DNA of 47,790 nucleotides, taken from contig JACOVF010000150.1 of assembly GCA_016177465.1 (NCBI GenBank), forward strand, positions 1 to 47,790, in the 5' to 3' direction. The DNA comes from Gemmatimonadota bacterium. Its GTDB lineage: Bacteria > Gemmatimonadota > Gemmatimonadetes > Gemmatimonadales > GWC2-71-9. The notes beneath the pieces were generated by a model that saw only the letters and a program-made list of their open reading frames with translations, made no database searches and was not told the DNA's origin. Position numbers and translations under genes: made by a program. Positions 33,163-41,631 of the stretch are shown here, in pieces. The stretch's first letter is position 1. Each line of letters starts with the position of its first letter.

Positions 33163-36096
33163 ATGCGCCCAGTCACTCGAGTAGTCACGGTGGCCCTGAT
33201 CAGCATGTCGGCGTGTCTTGATCAGAGTAGTGCGCCGTCAACGAGCGGAGGGCTGTCGCTCAGGATCCTCGCCAGCCCCGGGACCATCGCTGCCCTGGAC
33301 TCGGGCCATGTCATCGTGGACGGGCCAACCAGGAAGACGGTGACGGTGACCCCGGGAACCACCGTGACGATCGATGGACTCGCGCCCGGATCGTACACCG
33401 TCGGGCTGCAGGGATTCCGGGGCGGGGGCGTCGCCTACTTCGGGCAGACGACCGGCGTGAACGTGGTCGCGGGCCAGAACACGCCTGCCACCATCACGTT
33501 CGCGTCATTCCAGCCGGTGATCCTCTCCATTCCCGCCTACACGACGGACGGACAGTTCGTCATGGTATTCTCAAAGGTGCAAAGCGCGGCAAGCTACGTC
33601 GTACAGAAGGATCCGGACGCGAGCTTCGGAACGCCGCAGGAAACCGCGATCGCGGCAACCGACACGAGCGTCCAGCTGTCCATCCCACTGACCGGTCCGC
33701 ATTACGTACGTGTGCTGGCCGTGGACCCCTATGGGGTGCGGGGACAGGCCAGCGCGGCGCAGTCCATCACCACGCTGACCACGGTCACGGTCAGCCCGGC
33801 GACGGGGAACATTGCCGCGGGAGCGACTCAGCAGTTCTCCGCGGTGGCCAAGGATGCGCAGAACAACACCATCACGGGCATCACCTTCTACTGGGCTTCC
33901 TCGAACCAGAACGTCGCGCTCGTGGACCAGACGGGGCTCGCCAGCGGAGTCTCGACTGGCACGGCGACGATAACGGCACTGGGTCTGGGCGTGCCGGGCA
34001 ACGCGGCCCTGACGGTGACGGGGCCGGCGGTGTGCACCACTCCGAGCAAGCTGGTATTCAGCGTCCAGCCCACGGACGCCACGACCGGGGCCGCGATCTC
34101 TCCGGCCGTCGCCGTGGCGGTCCAGGACGCAAGCGACAGGGCGTGCACCACGGCGCAGAATACGGTCACCCTTGCCATCGGCACGAACCCGGGCGGCGGC
34201 ACCCTGTCGGGAACGAGGACCGTCAATGCCGTGAACGGGGTCGCGAGCTTCAGCGGCCTGTCCATCGACAAAGCGGGCACGGGTTATACGCTGGCGGCGA
34301 GCTCGGGGGCCCTCACAGGCGCGACGAGCGCGGCGTTCAACATCCTAGCGGCTGCCGTGTGTACCACTCCGAGCAAGGTGGTATTCACCGTCCAGCCGAC
34401 GAGCGCCACCGCCGGTGCCGCGATCTCTCCCGCCGTCGAGGTCGAAGTCCGAGACGCAAGCGACAGGCTGTGCACGACGGCACGGAATACCCTCACCCTT
34501 GCCATCGGGACGAACCCGGGCAGCGGGAGCCTCTCCGGAACGGTGACTGTGAATGCCGTGAACGGGGTGGCGAGCTTCAGCGGCCTGTCCATCGACAAAG
34601 CCGGCGCCGGCTACACGCTGGCGGCGAGCGCGACCAGCCTCACAGGCGCGACCAGCTCGGCCTTCAACATCTCCCCCGGCCCGGCCGCGCGGCTGCAGTT
34701 CGCCGCACAGCCCCCGATCAGCATCGAGGGCAACTCCCCCTTCACCGTGCAGGTGCAGATCACCGACGCGTTCGCCAACGTCGTGACCGCGGCGACCAAC
34801 GCGGTGACGGTGGAGTTCGACCGCAGGGCGACATTCGGCGCTTTCGCCCGGTTGATCGGGACGGTCACGACGAGCGCCGTGGCCGGCGTGGCGCAGTTCG
34901 CGAACCTGCGGATCGACGTGCCGGGCAGCGGCTACGCGCTGCGGGCCCGTTCCGGCGCGCTCACGCCCGCTGGCACCAACGACTTCAACGTGATCCTGAC
35001 GTTCACCCAGGTCGACGCGGGCGATTTCCACACCTGCGGCGTCACGGTGAACAACTCTGCGTACTGCTGGGGCGCGAACTACAACGGTCAGCTGGGGATC
35101 GGCTCGTTCACATCGGACTCGGTGCCCCGGCTCGTGGCGGGTGGGCTCGCGTTGACGCAGGTCAGCGCCGGGGCCGCCCACACGTGTGGTGTCACGACGA
35201 GCAACGCCATCTACTGCTGGGGCTACAACGGCTATGGGCAGCTTGGCATCAACAGTACCGGTAGCGACCGCGCCGAACCGACGCAGGTGCAGCCGGCCGC
35301 GCCGCTGGTGTTCGCCCAGGTGGCCGCGGGCGGGTACCATACCTGCGCCACGACGACCTCCAGCGGGTCGCCTTCGGGCGCCTACTGCTGGGGGAGGGAT
35401 TTCGAGGGCGAGCTTGGGGACGGCACCGCAGGTACCGGAGACTCGGTCCCGAAGCTCGTCCCAGGCGGCTTCAACTGGAAGCAAATCAGTGGGGGCTTCT
35501 TGCATACCTGCGCTATACACAGCAACGACACGGCCTACTGCTGGGGTTACAACGTTTATGGCCAGGTCGGTATCAACAGCAACGTGTCGCCCCAGCCGAC
35601 TCCCCAGCAGGTATCCGCGTCGCTCGCCTTCGCACGGGTCTCGACTGGCTACTACCATTCGTGCGCCGGCCAGCCGGCGGCCGGCACCAACAAGATCTGG
35701 TGCTGGGGGAGGAACAGCGAGGGCCAGATCGGGAACGGCGCCGCGCTCCCTGGGGCCGCGGTCCTGGATGAAGTGGAAATCGCGAGCCAGCTGACGTGGG
35801 TGAGTCTCGGGGTCGGCGGCTTGCACACCTGCATGATTGACGGCACGTCGGCGTACTGCGTCGGCTATGCCAACTACGGCCAGCTTGGAAACGGGACGAC
35901 CAGTCCCAACATCAGTACGCGGGAGCAAGTCCTGGGGTCGCATCCGTTCACGGTGGTGGCGCCCGGCACGTACCATACCTGCGCGCTCAACGCCGGCAAC
36001 GGGCAGGTATGGTGCTGGGGATACGGCGGGGACGGGGAGCTTGGCAACGGCGCCCGTCCCTTCCAACAGACGCAGCCGGTGCAGGTCATCCAATAG
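33163..36096 (+). CDS. lipoprotein with Big_2 Ig-like domain, three 109-aa repeats and a 7-bladed RCC1-like beta-propeller
   Basis: Lipobox-like SMSAC. Big_2 block VTVSPATGNIAAGATQQFSAVAKD. Seven [YW]C[WV]G-x4-G[QE][LIV]G motifs (AYCWGANYNGQLG ... VWCWGYGGDGELG). Confidence 0.88.
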   Translation: MRPVTRVVTVALISMSACLDQSSAPSTSGGLSLRILASPGTIAALDSGHVIVDGPTRKTVTVTPGTTVTIDGLAPGSYTVGLQGFRGGGVAYFGQTTGVNVVAGQNTPATITFASFQPVILSIPAYTTDGQFVMVFSKVQSAASYVVQKDPDASFGTPQETAIAATDTSVQLSIPLTGPHYVRVLAVDPYGVRGQASAAQSITTLTTVTVSPATGNIAAGATQQFSAVAKDAQNNTITGITFYWASSNQNVALVDQTGLASGVSTGTATITALGLGVPGNAALTVTGPAVCTTPSKLVFSVQPTDATTGAAISPAVAVAVQDASDRACTTAQNTVTLAIGTNPGGGTLSGTRTVNAVNGVASFSGLSIDKAGTGYTLAASSGALTGATSAAFNILAAAVCTTPSKVVFTVQPTSATAGAAISPAVEVEVRDASDRLCTTARNTLTLAIGTNPGSGSLSGTVTVNAVNGVASFSGLSIDKAGAGYTLAASATSLTGATSSAFNISPGPAARLQFAAQPPISIEGNSPFTVQVQITDAFANVVTAATNAVTVEFDRRATFGAFARLIGTVTTSAVAGVAQFANLRIDVPGSGYALRARSGALTPAGTNDFNVILTFTQVDAGDFHTCGVTVNNSAYCWGANYNGQLGIGSFTSDSVPRLVAGGLALTQVSAGAAHTCGVTTSNAIYCWGYNGYGQLGINSTGSDRAEPTQVQPAAPLVFAQVAAGGYHTCATTTSSGSPSGAYCWGRDFEGELGDGTAGTGDSVPKLVPGGFNWKQISGGFLHTCAIHSNDTAYCWGYNVYGQVGINSNVSPQPTPQQVSASLAFARVSTGYYHSCAGQPAAGTNKIWCWGRNSEGQIGNGAALPGAAVLDEVEIASQLTWVSLGVGGLHTCMIDGTSAYCVGYANYGQLGNGTTSPNISTREQVLGSHPFTVVAPGTYHTCALNAGNGQVWCWGYGGDGELGNGARPFQQTQPVQVIQ
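34027..34680 (+). repeat. two tandem 327-nt (109-aa) coding repeats, followed by a third divergent unit to about 35007
   Basis: The units AVCTTPSKLVFSVQPTDATTGAAISPAV... and AVCTTPSKVVFTVQPTSATAGAAISPAV... start at 34027 and 34354. Most positions are identical. Confidence 0.85.
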
Positions 36097-36133
36097 CCTC
36101 CGGCTCAGCGCGTCTCGCATAAGAACGCGAGAA

Positions 36134-36161
36134 GGGCGACTCCCACGGGAGCCGCCCTTTT
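36134..36161 (+). terminator. Rho-independent terminator after the RCC1-like gene
   Basis: GGGCGACTCCC-ac-GGGAGCCGCCC forms an 11-bp stem with 1 mismatch, followed by TTTT. Confidence 0.6.
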
Positions 36162-36222
36162 CGCGTGTTTCGACCGCCGCGCCGGATCTTGGGCCGGGGC
36201 GCGAGGGCGCATTGCCCCGGCG

Positions 36223-36252
36223 TTGCCGACCGGCGATGTTACCGAGTAAGTC
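36223..36252 (+). promoter_or_regulatory. promoter candidate TTGCCG-18-TAAGTC, 8 nt upstream of the HK ATG
   Basis: -35 at 36223-36228 and -10-like box at 36247-36252. No SD precedes ATG 36261. Confidence 0.35.
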
Positions 36253-36260
36253 CTCATAGG

Positions 36261-37022
36261 ATGGCCGCCATGCCGGAGGGCGAGCAGGAGCTGTCCCGTC
36301 GCCCCAGCGTCATCGCGCACGAGGTCGCCAACCCCCTCGCTGCCGCGCGGGCGCTGCTCGAGTTGTGCACCAGATCCCTGCGTGATGCTGGTGGCCTGGA
36401 CCCCGCGCTGCGCGGGGAGCTCCTGGAGGATCTGCTCCACGCGCGCGAGGGGATCGACCGGGCCGTCGAGTATCTGCGCTCGGTCCAGGACCGCTCCCGC
36501 GGCGGCCTCGGCATGGTCGAGCGGTTCGACGCGGTGCGGGTCGTGCGCTCCTCGGTCACCCTGGAGCAGCCGTACGCGCGCGAACGGGGTGTGGGGCTGA
36601 CGCTCGAGGCCGCGATCGACTCGGCCTACTTGTTCGGCGAGACCAACGCCCTGTTCCAGGTGCTGACGAATCTCCTCCATAACGCCGCGGACGCCTCGCG
36701 CGGTCGCGGGGGCCCGATCGTGGTGCGGGTGGACCAGGGTGACGGGGCGCTCCGGCTGGCCGTGGCCGACCGCGGCGTCGGCATCCCTCCCGAGGACCTC
36801 GAGCGGATCTTCGAGCGTGGGTTCACGACGAAGGGCTTCGGTTCGGGCACGGGCACTGGGCTGACGGTCGTGCGCGACATCGTCGCCAACAAGTTCGGCG
36901 GCACGATCCACGTGCGGTCGACGGTCGGCGAGGGGACGGAGTTCACGCTGACCTTTCCCCTCCCGCCCCAACGCCCGAAAGCGACGGCTGAGGCTCAAGG
37001 GGGTCAGCCGCTCCAGGTGTAG
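36261..37022 (+). CDS. histidine kinase, HisKA plus HATPase_c only (no sensor or TM domain)
   Basis: H-box SVIAHEVANPL, N-box NLLHNAADAS, G1 DRGVGIP and G2 GSGTGTGL. The antisense track ORF 36105-36998 is a shadow. Start 36261 is preferred over 36165 because the terminator occupies 36134-36161. Confidence 0.82.
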   Translation: MAAMPEGEQELSRRPSVIAHEVANPLAAARALLELCTRSLRDAGGLDPALRGELLEDLLHAREGIDRAVEYLRSVQDRSRGGLGMVERFDAVRVVRSSVTLEQPYARERGVGLTLEAAIDSAYLFGETNALFQVLTNLLHNAADASRGRGGPIVVRVDQGDGALRLAVADRGVGIPPEDLERIFERGFTTKGFGSGTGTGLTVVRDIVANKFGGTIHVRSTVGEGTEFTLTFPLPPQRPKATAEAQGGQPLQV

Positions 37023-37867
37023 AACCCCTTTCCCGTCTTCTTTCCGAGGTCGCCCTTCGCCACCTTGTCGCGCAGGATCCTGGGCGGCGCGTAGTGGGCC
37101 GAGCCGAGAGTCTGGTGCAGGTACTCGGCGATCGCGAGGCGCACGTCGAGCCCCACGAGATCCGTCAGCTTGAGCGGCCCCATCGGGTGGTTGTAGCCCA
37201 GCTCCATCGCCTTGTCGATGTCCTCGGCCGACGCGACGCCCTGCTCGAGCATCCGCATTGCCTCGAGGCCCAGCACCACCCCGAGCCGGCTCGAGGCGAA
37301 GCCGGGCGAGTCCTTCACCACGATCGGCTCCTTGCCGAGCCTCCTGGCAAACGCGACCGCCCGGTCCACCGTCCCCCGCTCGGTGCGCGCGTGGGTGACG
37401 ACCTCGAGCAGTCTCATCAGGTGCACCGGATTGAAGAAGTGCAGCCCGAGGCAGCGGCTTGGGTCCGTCAACGCGCCGGCGATCTCGCTCACCGACAGGG
37501 ACGAGGTGTTGGTGGCGAGCAGGGCGACAGCGGGCGCCCCCCGCTCGACCGCGGCGAAGAGCCGCTGCTTCACCGCCAGATTCTCGACGATGGCCTCGAT
37601 CACCACGTCGGCCCGGGCGATCGCGGCGCCGAGATCCGGCTCGGTGCGCATGCGTCCCCGGATCGCCGCGGCATCGGCTGCGGTGAGCTTGCCGCGCTTG
37701 ACGCCGCTTGCGAGGAGGGCGTCGATCTTGCCCTGTGCCTGCTCGAGCGCGGCGACGTGGCTATCGGTCAGGGTGACGGAGCAGCTGGCGAGCGCCGCCA
37801 CGTAGGCGATGCCGTGGCCCATCGTGCCTGCGCCGACGATGGCTACCCGAAGCGGCGAGTCGGTCAC
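37004..37867 (-). CDS. 3-hydroxyacyl-CoA (3-hydroxybutyryl/3-hydroxyadipyl-CoA) dehydrogenase
   Basis: Rossmann motif VAIVGAGTMGHGIA and the C-terminal HBD-family pattern GPLKLTDLVGLD. Confidence 0.92.
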   Translation of the reverse strand: MTDSPLRVAIVGAGTMGHGIAYVAALASCSVTLTDSHVAALEQAQGKIDALLASGVKRGKLTAADAAAIRGRMRTEPDLGAAIARADVVIEAIVENLAVKQRLFAAVERGAPAVALLATNTSSLSVSEIAGALTDPSRCLGLHFFNPVHLMRLLEVVTHARTERGTVDRAVAFARRLGKEPIVVKDSPGFASSRLGVVLGLEAMRMLEQGVASAEDIDKAMELGYNHPMGPLKLTDLVGLDVRLAIAEYLHQTLGSAHYAPPRILRDKVAKGDLGKKTGKGFYTWSG

Positions 37868-38562
37868 TGGCTGTTAGAGTCGACCACACGGCGGCCGATG
37901 TCGGGGAGGTTGGTGCAGATCCCGTCCACGCCGATGGACAGAAAGTGGCGCATCTCGTCGGCACGGTCCACGGTCCAGACGAACAACCGGCCGCCCGCTT
38001 GGTGCACCGCGGTCACCAGATCGGCGTCCACGACCGTGCGTTCCTGCCACAGGTCGCGCGCGGCGGCGTCGTCGAGCACCGCTGTGGGACGGAACAGGTA
38101 CGATGCGCTCAGGACGCCGCAGCGGAGGCCGGGGCGCTTGCTCACGAGCCGGCGGACGATACGGTGGTCGAAGCTGTGCACCGCGTAGCCCGCTGGGTTG
38201 GGGCCTTGGTCGAGGACGTTGCACAGCCGCTCGTCGAACTGTGGGGCGAGCGACTTCACCTCGACAAAGACCTTGAGAGTCTTCTCGATGACGGCGAGTG
38301 CCTCCGCGAGCGTGGGGACCGGCTCGCCGTTCTCGAGCCGGAAGCCCGCAACCTGCTTCGCGGTGCAGTGCGCGATGTGGTGGGTCCCGTCCAGCATCTC
38401 GTCGTGGTGCACGACCAGCGCCCCGTCGGCCGTGGCGTGGATGTCCAGCTCCACGGCGTCAGCGCCGGCGGGACCGGCGGCGCGGAAGGCGGCTAGGCTG
38501 TTCTCCACCTCGTAGCCCGACGCGCCGCGGTGCGCGATCACGAGCGCGCGAGGGAGCGTCAC
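37864..38562 (-). CDS. glycerophosphodiester phosphodiesterase family protein
   Basis: VIAHRGASGYEVENSLAAF and VELDIHATADGALVVHHD are GDPD motifs. 4-nt overlaps on both sides. Confidence 0.88.
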   Translation of the reverse strand: MTLPRALVIAHRGASGYEVENSLAAFRAAGPAGADAVELDIHATADGALVVHHDEMLDGTHHIAHCTAKQVAGFRLENGEPVPTLAEALAVIEKTLKVFVEVKSLAPQFDERLCNVLDQGPNPAGYAVHSFDHRIVRRLVSKRPGLRCGVLSASYLFRPTAVLDDAAARDLWQERTVVDADLVTAVHQAGGRLFVWTVDRADEMRHFLSIGVDGICTNLPDIGRRVVDSNSQ

Positions 38563-39680
38563 TGCAGCAGGCTATCCGCTTTCTTCGGCTCGATCCAGTC
38601 GGGCTCTTTCTCGATTTCGTGCACCAGCTGGATGTCCTCCGGCCGCGGCATCACCGTTGCGAGGTAGGCCGGGTGCTGCTCGGGCGAAACCGGCCGGCCG
38701 TCGGTGGTCCAATGCTGGTGCGCGTAGATCCCGATCTTCCGGTTGAACTTCAGGTCGGGCACCCGGAGCTGCCGGTCGCGGTCCGGGATGAACATATTGA
38801 GCCGCTCGATCAACTTCACGATCTCCTGCCGGTACAGCCCGCGCGACAACTCGTTGAGGTGGGCCTTGTCCGGCTCGTCCTGGTGCTCGCGCTCGTCGTA
38901 GCGGCCCTTCAGCCCCCACACGTAGGCCCAGTGCGCCGAGGAGGAGTTGTCGGTGCCGAACAGGTCGAACGCCGTGGGGATCCACTTGCAGAAAAAGCGC
39001 TGGATCACCTCGGGTGGCATCTTCCCGGCCTTCACGATCCGCAACAGCCCGTTGTTCCCGGTGCCGAGGTGGAACGACTCCTCCTTCAGCATCGGGCCCA
39101 TGGATCGCGACAGAGGGTCGAAAGCCGAATACGACAGCATCTTCAGCTGGAACTTGCCGTCGCGGTCGATGAACTGGGTATAGGTGAAGAAGTCGAGCCA
39201 GTTGTCGACGATCTCGTTGAACGAGCCGAGCAGGCGCTCGCCCTCGTCGGCGCGGCGCTCGAGCAGCTTCGCCGCCTCGCGCTTGCCCTCGTCGCCGAAG
39301 TGCTGGCACAGCAGGTAGGACATCTGCCAGCCGTGGCGCATCTCCTCGGTCATCACCCGCTGCAGCGACAGGAGGTCGTAGTCCGAGGGCGCGTGGTGCA
39401 GGAGGTTGCGCTGCTGCTCCACCGAGGCGAACTCGGTGTCGCCCTGGTAGACGATGAGGTTCAGGAGCGCGTCCCGAATCCGTTGGTCGGGGATGTGCAT
39501 CACGGTGGGCCACTTGCGCTGGCCCTTGTAATGGCCGAACTCGATGTAGTCGACCTCTTTGTCCCCGAATTTCGCGTCGAACTGGAAATCGCGGAGCGCC
39601 TCCTGGGTGAGGCCGATCGAATCCTGCCAGTAGCGGAAATAGTCGATCCAGTCATCGAAGTTGTGCAGCTTCCTGACCAT
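38559..39680 (-). CDS. BoxB-like diiron oxygenase (PaaA/BoxB family; benzoyl-CoA 2,3-epoxidase subunit B-like)
   Basis: Start is ATG at 39680 with AGGAG 6 nt upstream. QGDTEFASVEQQR, diiron motifs EEMRHGWQ and KEESFHLGTG, FIDRDGKFQL, and a C-terminal FNRKIGIYAHQHWTTDGRPVS resembling BoxB. About 100 aa shorter than canonical BoxB. Confidence 0.75.
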   Translation of the reverse strand: MVRKLHNFDDWIDYFRYWQDSIGLTQEALRDFQFDAKFGDKEVDYIEFGHYKGQRKWPTVMHIPDQRIRDALLNLIVYQGDTEFASVEQQRNLLHHAPSDYDLLSLQRVMTEEMRHGWQMSYLLCQHFGDEGKREAAKLLERRADEGERLLGSFNEIVDNWLDFFTYTQFIDRDGKFQLKMLSYSAFDPLSRSMGPMLKEESFHLGTGNNGLLRIVKAGKMPPEVIQRFFCKWIPTAFDLFGTDNSSSAHWAYVWGLKGRYDEREHQDEPDKAHLNELSRGLYRQEIVKLIERLNMFIPDRDRQLRVPDLKFNRKIGIYAHQHWTTDGRPVSPEQHPAYLATVMPRPEDIQLVHEIEKEPDWIEPKKADSLLQ

Positions 39681-40432
39681 CAGCGGCTCCTGGTGGAAAG
39701 GGACTGGCTGATGCGCTCGCGCGCCTCGGGCGTGGCGAACAGCTCGTACTGGTGCGCGATCTCGAGGTCGAGCATCGCCTCGAGCGCCCGCGTTTCGCTG
39801 ACGTACACCGCTTCCTTGGCCCGCCGCACGGCGAGCGACGGCTGGGCGGCCCATTGGAGGGCGAGCGCGCGCGCTTCCGCGGCGAGCCGGTCGTGGGGCA
39901 CTACCCGGTCGAACAGGCCGAGCGCCAGCGCTTCGGTGGCCGGGACCATCCGCGCGCTCCACACGAGCTCCAGCGCGCGGGAGGTGCCGGTGAGGCGGGG
40001 GAGGAAGTAGCTCCCGCCCCAGTCGGGGGCGAGGCCGAGCTTGTGGAACACCTGGCCGATGGACGCCTGCTCCGAGGCCATGCGATAGTCGCAGGCGAGC
40101 GCGAGGTTCGCGCCGCCGCCCGCGGCCGCGCCGTTCACGGCGGCGAGGATGGGCTTCGGAGCGGCGCGGAGCATGACGGCGATCTCCTTGCCCGCCGCCA
40201 TGAGCGCCGGACCGTCCTGCTCGAGGACGTTGAGGTCGGCCCCGGCGCAGAACGCTCGCCCCGCGCCCGTGAGGATAATGACCCGCACGCGGTCGTCGGC
40301 GGCGAACGCGCGTAGCGCGTCGATCAGCTCACGGCAGAAGTGGCGGTCGAACGCGTTCAGCTTGTGGGGGCGGTTGAGGGTCACCGTCCCGATGCCGTCC
40401 GCGAGCTCGGCCAGTACGAGCCCCGGGGTCAC
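39680..40432 (-). CDS. enoyl-CoA hydratase/isomerase (PaaG-like)
   Basis: GTG at 40432 overlaps the thiolase stop (GTGA). Contains TLNRPHKLNAF, LTGAGRAFCAGADL and AAGGGANLALACD. Confidence 0.88.
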   Translation of the reverse strand: MTPGLVLAELADGIGTVTLNRPHKLNAFDRHFCRELIDALRAFAADDRVRVIILTGAGRAFCAGADLNVLEQDGPALMAAGKEIAVMLRAAPKPILAAVNGAAAGGGANLALACDYRMASEQASIGQVFHKLGLAPDWGGSYFLPRLTGTSRALELVWSARMVPATEALALGLFDRVVPHDRLAAEARALALQWAAQPSLAVRRAKEAVYVSETRALEAMLDLEIAHQYELFATPEARERISQSLSTRSR

Positions 40433-41631
40433 GCGCGCTCCACGATCATGGCTATGCCTTGGCCGACCCCGATGCACATGGTGGCCAAACCGTATCGAGA
40501 ATTCGTACGGCGTAAGCCGTAGAGCAGAGTCGTCAGGATCTTGGCGCCGGTGCAGCCGAGCGGGTGCCCCAGCGCGATCCCGCCGCCGTAGATGTTCACG
40601 CGGGCCGGGTCGAGCTCGAGCTCTCGAATACACGCGATCACCTGCGCCGCGAACGCCTCGTTCAGCTCGACGAGATCGATCTGGTCGATCGTCAACCCGG
40701 CGCGCCGCAGCGCCTTCTGGGTGGCCGGAATCGGCCCGAGCCCCATGCAGCTCGGATCCACGCCCGCGACGGCAGTCGCCACGATACGCGCGAGCGGTTT
40801 CAATCCGCCCACGGAGTCCTTTAGGATCCGCCCATCCGCCGATCCGCCCGTGACGAGCAATGCCGCCGCCCCATCGTTGATCCCGCTCGAGCTCGCCGCC
40901 GTCACCGTCCCATCCTTCCTGAACGCCGGCTTGAGCTTCGCCACGGCCTCGAGCGTCGTGGCCGGGCGGGGATACTCGTCCTTCGTGAACAGCGAGCCAT
41001 CGGGGAGGGGGACCGGCACCGTCTCGTCGCCGAAGACGCAATCCTGCAGCGCCTGCTCCGCCCGCCGCTGGCTCTCCACGGCGAACGCGTCCTGTTCAGC
41101 GCGGCTGATCCCGTAGCGCGCCGCCACGACCTCGGCGGTCTCGCCCAGGGCGATCGTCCATTCCTTCTTCAGGCGGGGATTCGTGAACCGCCAGCCGACG
41201 GTGGTGTCGGCGACCTCCGGGGCCTTGCGGCTCCACGGCTCGCCCGACTTGAGCAACACGTAGGGCGCGCGGGTCATGGTCTCCACGCCGCCGGCGATGA
41301 ACACCTCGCCCTCGCCCGCTTTGATCGCCTGCGCCGCGCTCGCCACCGCCTGGAGCCCCGAGCCGCACAGCCGGTTCACCGTCTGGCCCGGCACCTCGAC
41401 TGGCAGGCCGGCGAGGAGCAGGGCCATGCGGGCGACGTTGCGGTTGTCCTCGCCTGCCTGATTGGCGCAGCCGAGGATCACGTCGTCGATGGTCGCGGGG
41501 TCGATCCCCGAACGCTCGACGACGGCCTTGATCGGCACCGCGGCGAGATCGTCAGGGCGAACGTTCGCCAGCGACCCGCCATGCTTGCCGACGGGGGTGC
41601 GAAGCGCGGTGGCGATGAAGGCGTCGTTCAC
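40429..41631 (-). CDS. acetyl-CoA C-acyltransferase / 3-oxoadipyl-CoA thiolase (PcaF/PaaJ-like)
   Basis: The N-terminus MNDAFIATALRTPVGKHGGSLANVRPDDLAAVPIKAVV matches PcaF/PaaJ-type thiolases. Active-site regions NRLCGSG and CIGVGQG. Confidence 0.92.
   Translation of the reverse strand: MNDAFIATALRTPVGKHGGSLANVRPDDLAAVPIKAVVERSGIDPATIDDVILGCANQAGEDNRNVARMALLLAGLPVEVPGQTVNRLCGSGLQAVASAAQAIKAGEGEVFIAGGVETMTRAPYVLLKSGEPWSRKAPEVADTTVGWRFTNPRLKKEWTIALGETAEVVAARYGISRAEQDAFAVESQRRAEQALQDCVFGDETVPVPLPDGSLFTKDEYPRPATTLEAVAKLKPAFRKDGTVTAASSSGINDGAAALLVTGGSADGRILKDSVGGLKPLARIVATAVAGVDPSCMGLGPIPATQKALRRAGLTIDQIDLVELNEAFAAQVIACIRELELDPARVNIYGGGIALGHPLGCTGAKILTTLLYGLRRTNSRYGLATMCIGVGQGIAMIVERA

Noticed and set aside
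34032-36120. 410-aa + ORF (34032-35264) and 591-aa minus ORF (34345-36120) within the RCC1-like gene.
   Set aside because: Both have Arg/Gly/Pro-rich shadow translations. The 33163-36096 frame carries Big_2 and seven RCC1 repeats.
36105-36998. 297-aa minus-strand ORF opposite the histidine kinase.
   Set aside because: The + frame has H, N, G1 and G2 boxes in the correct order. The minus frame has no motifs and would read through the terminator stem.
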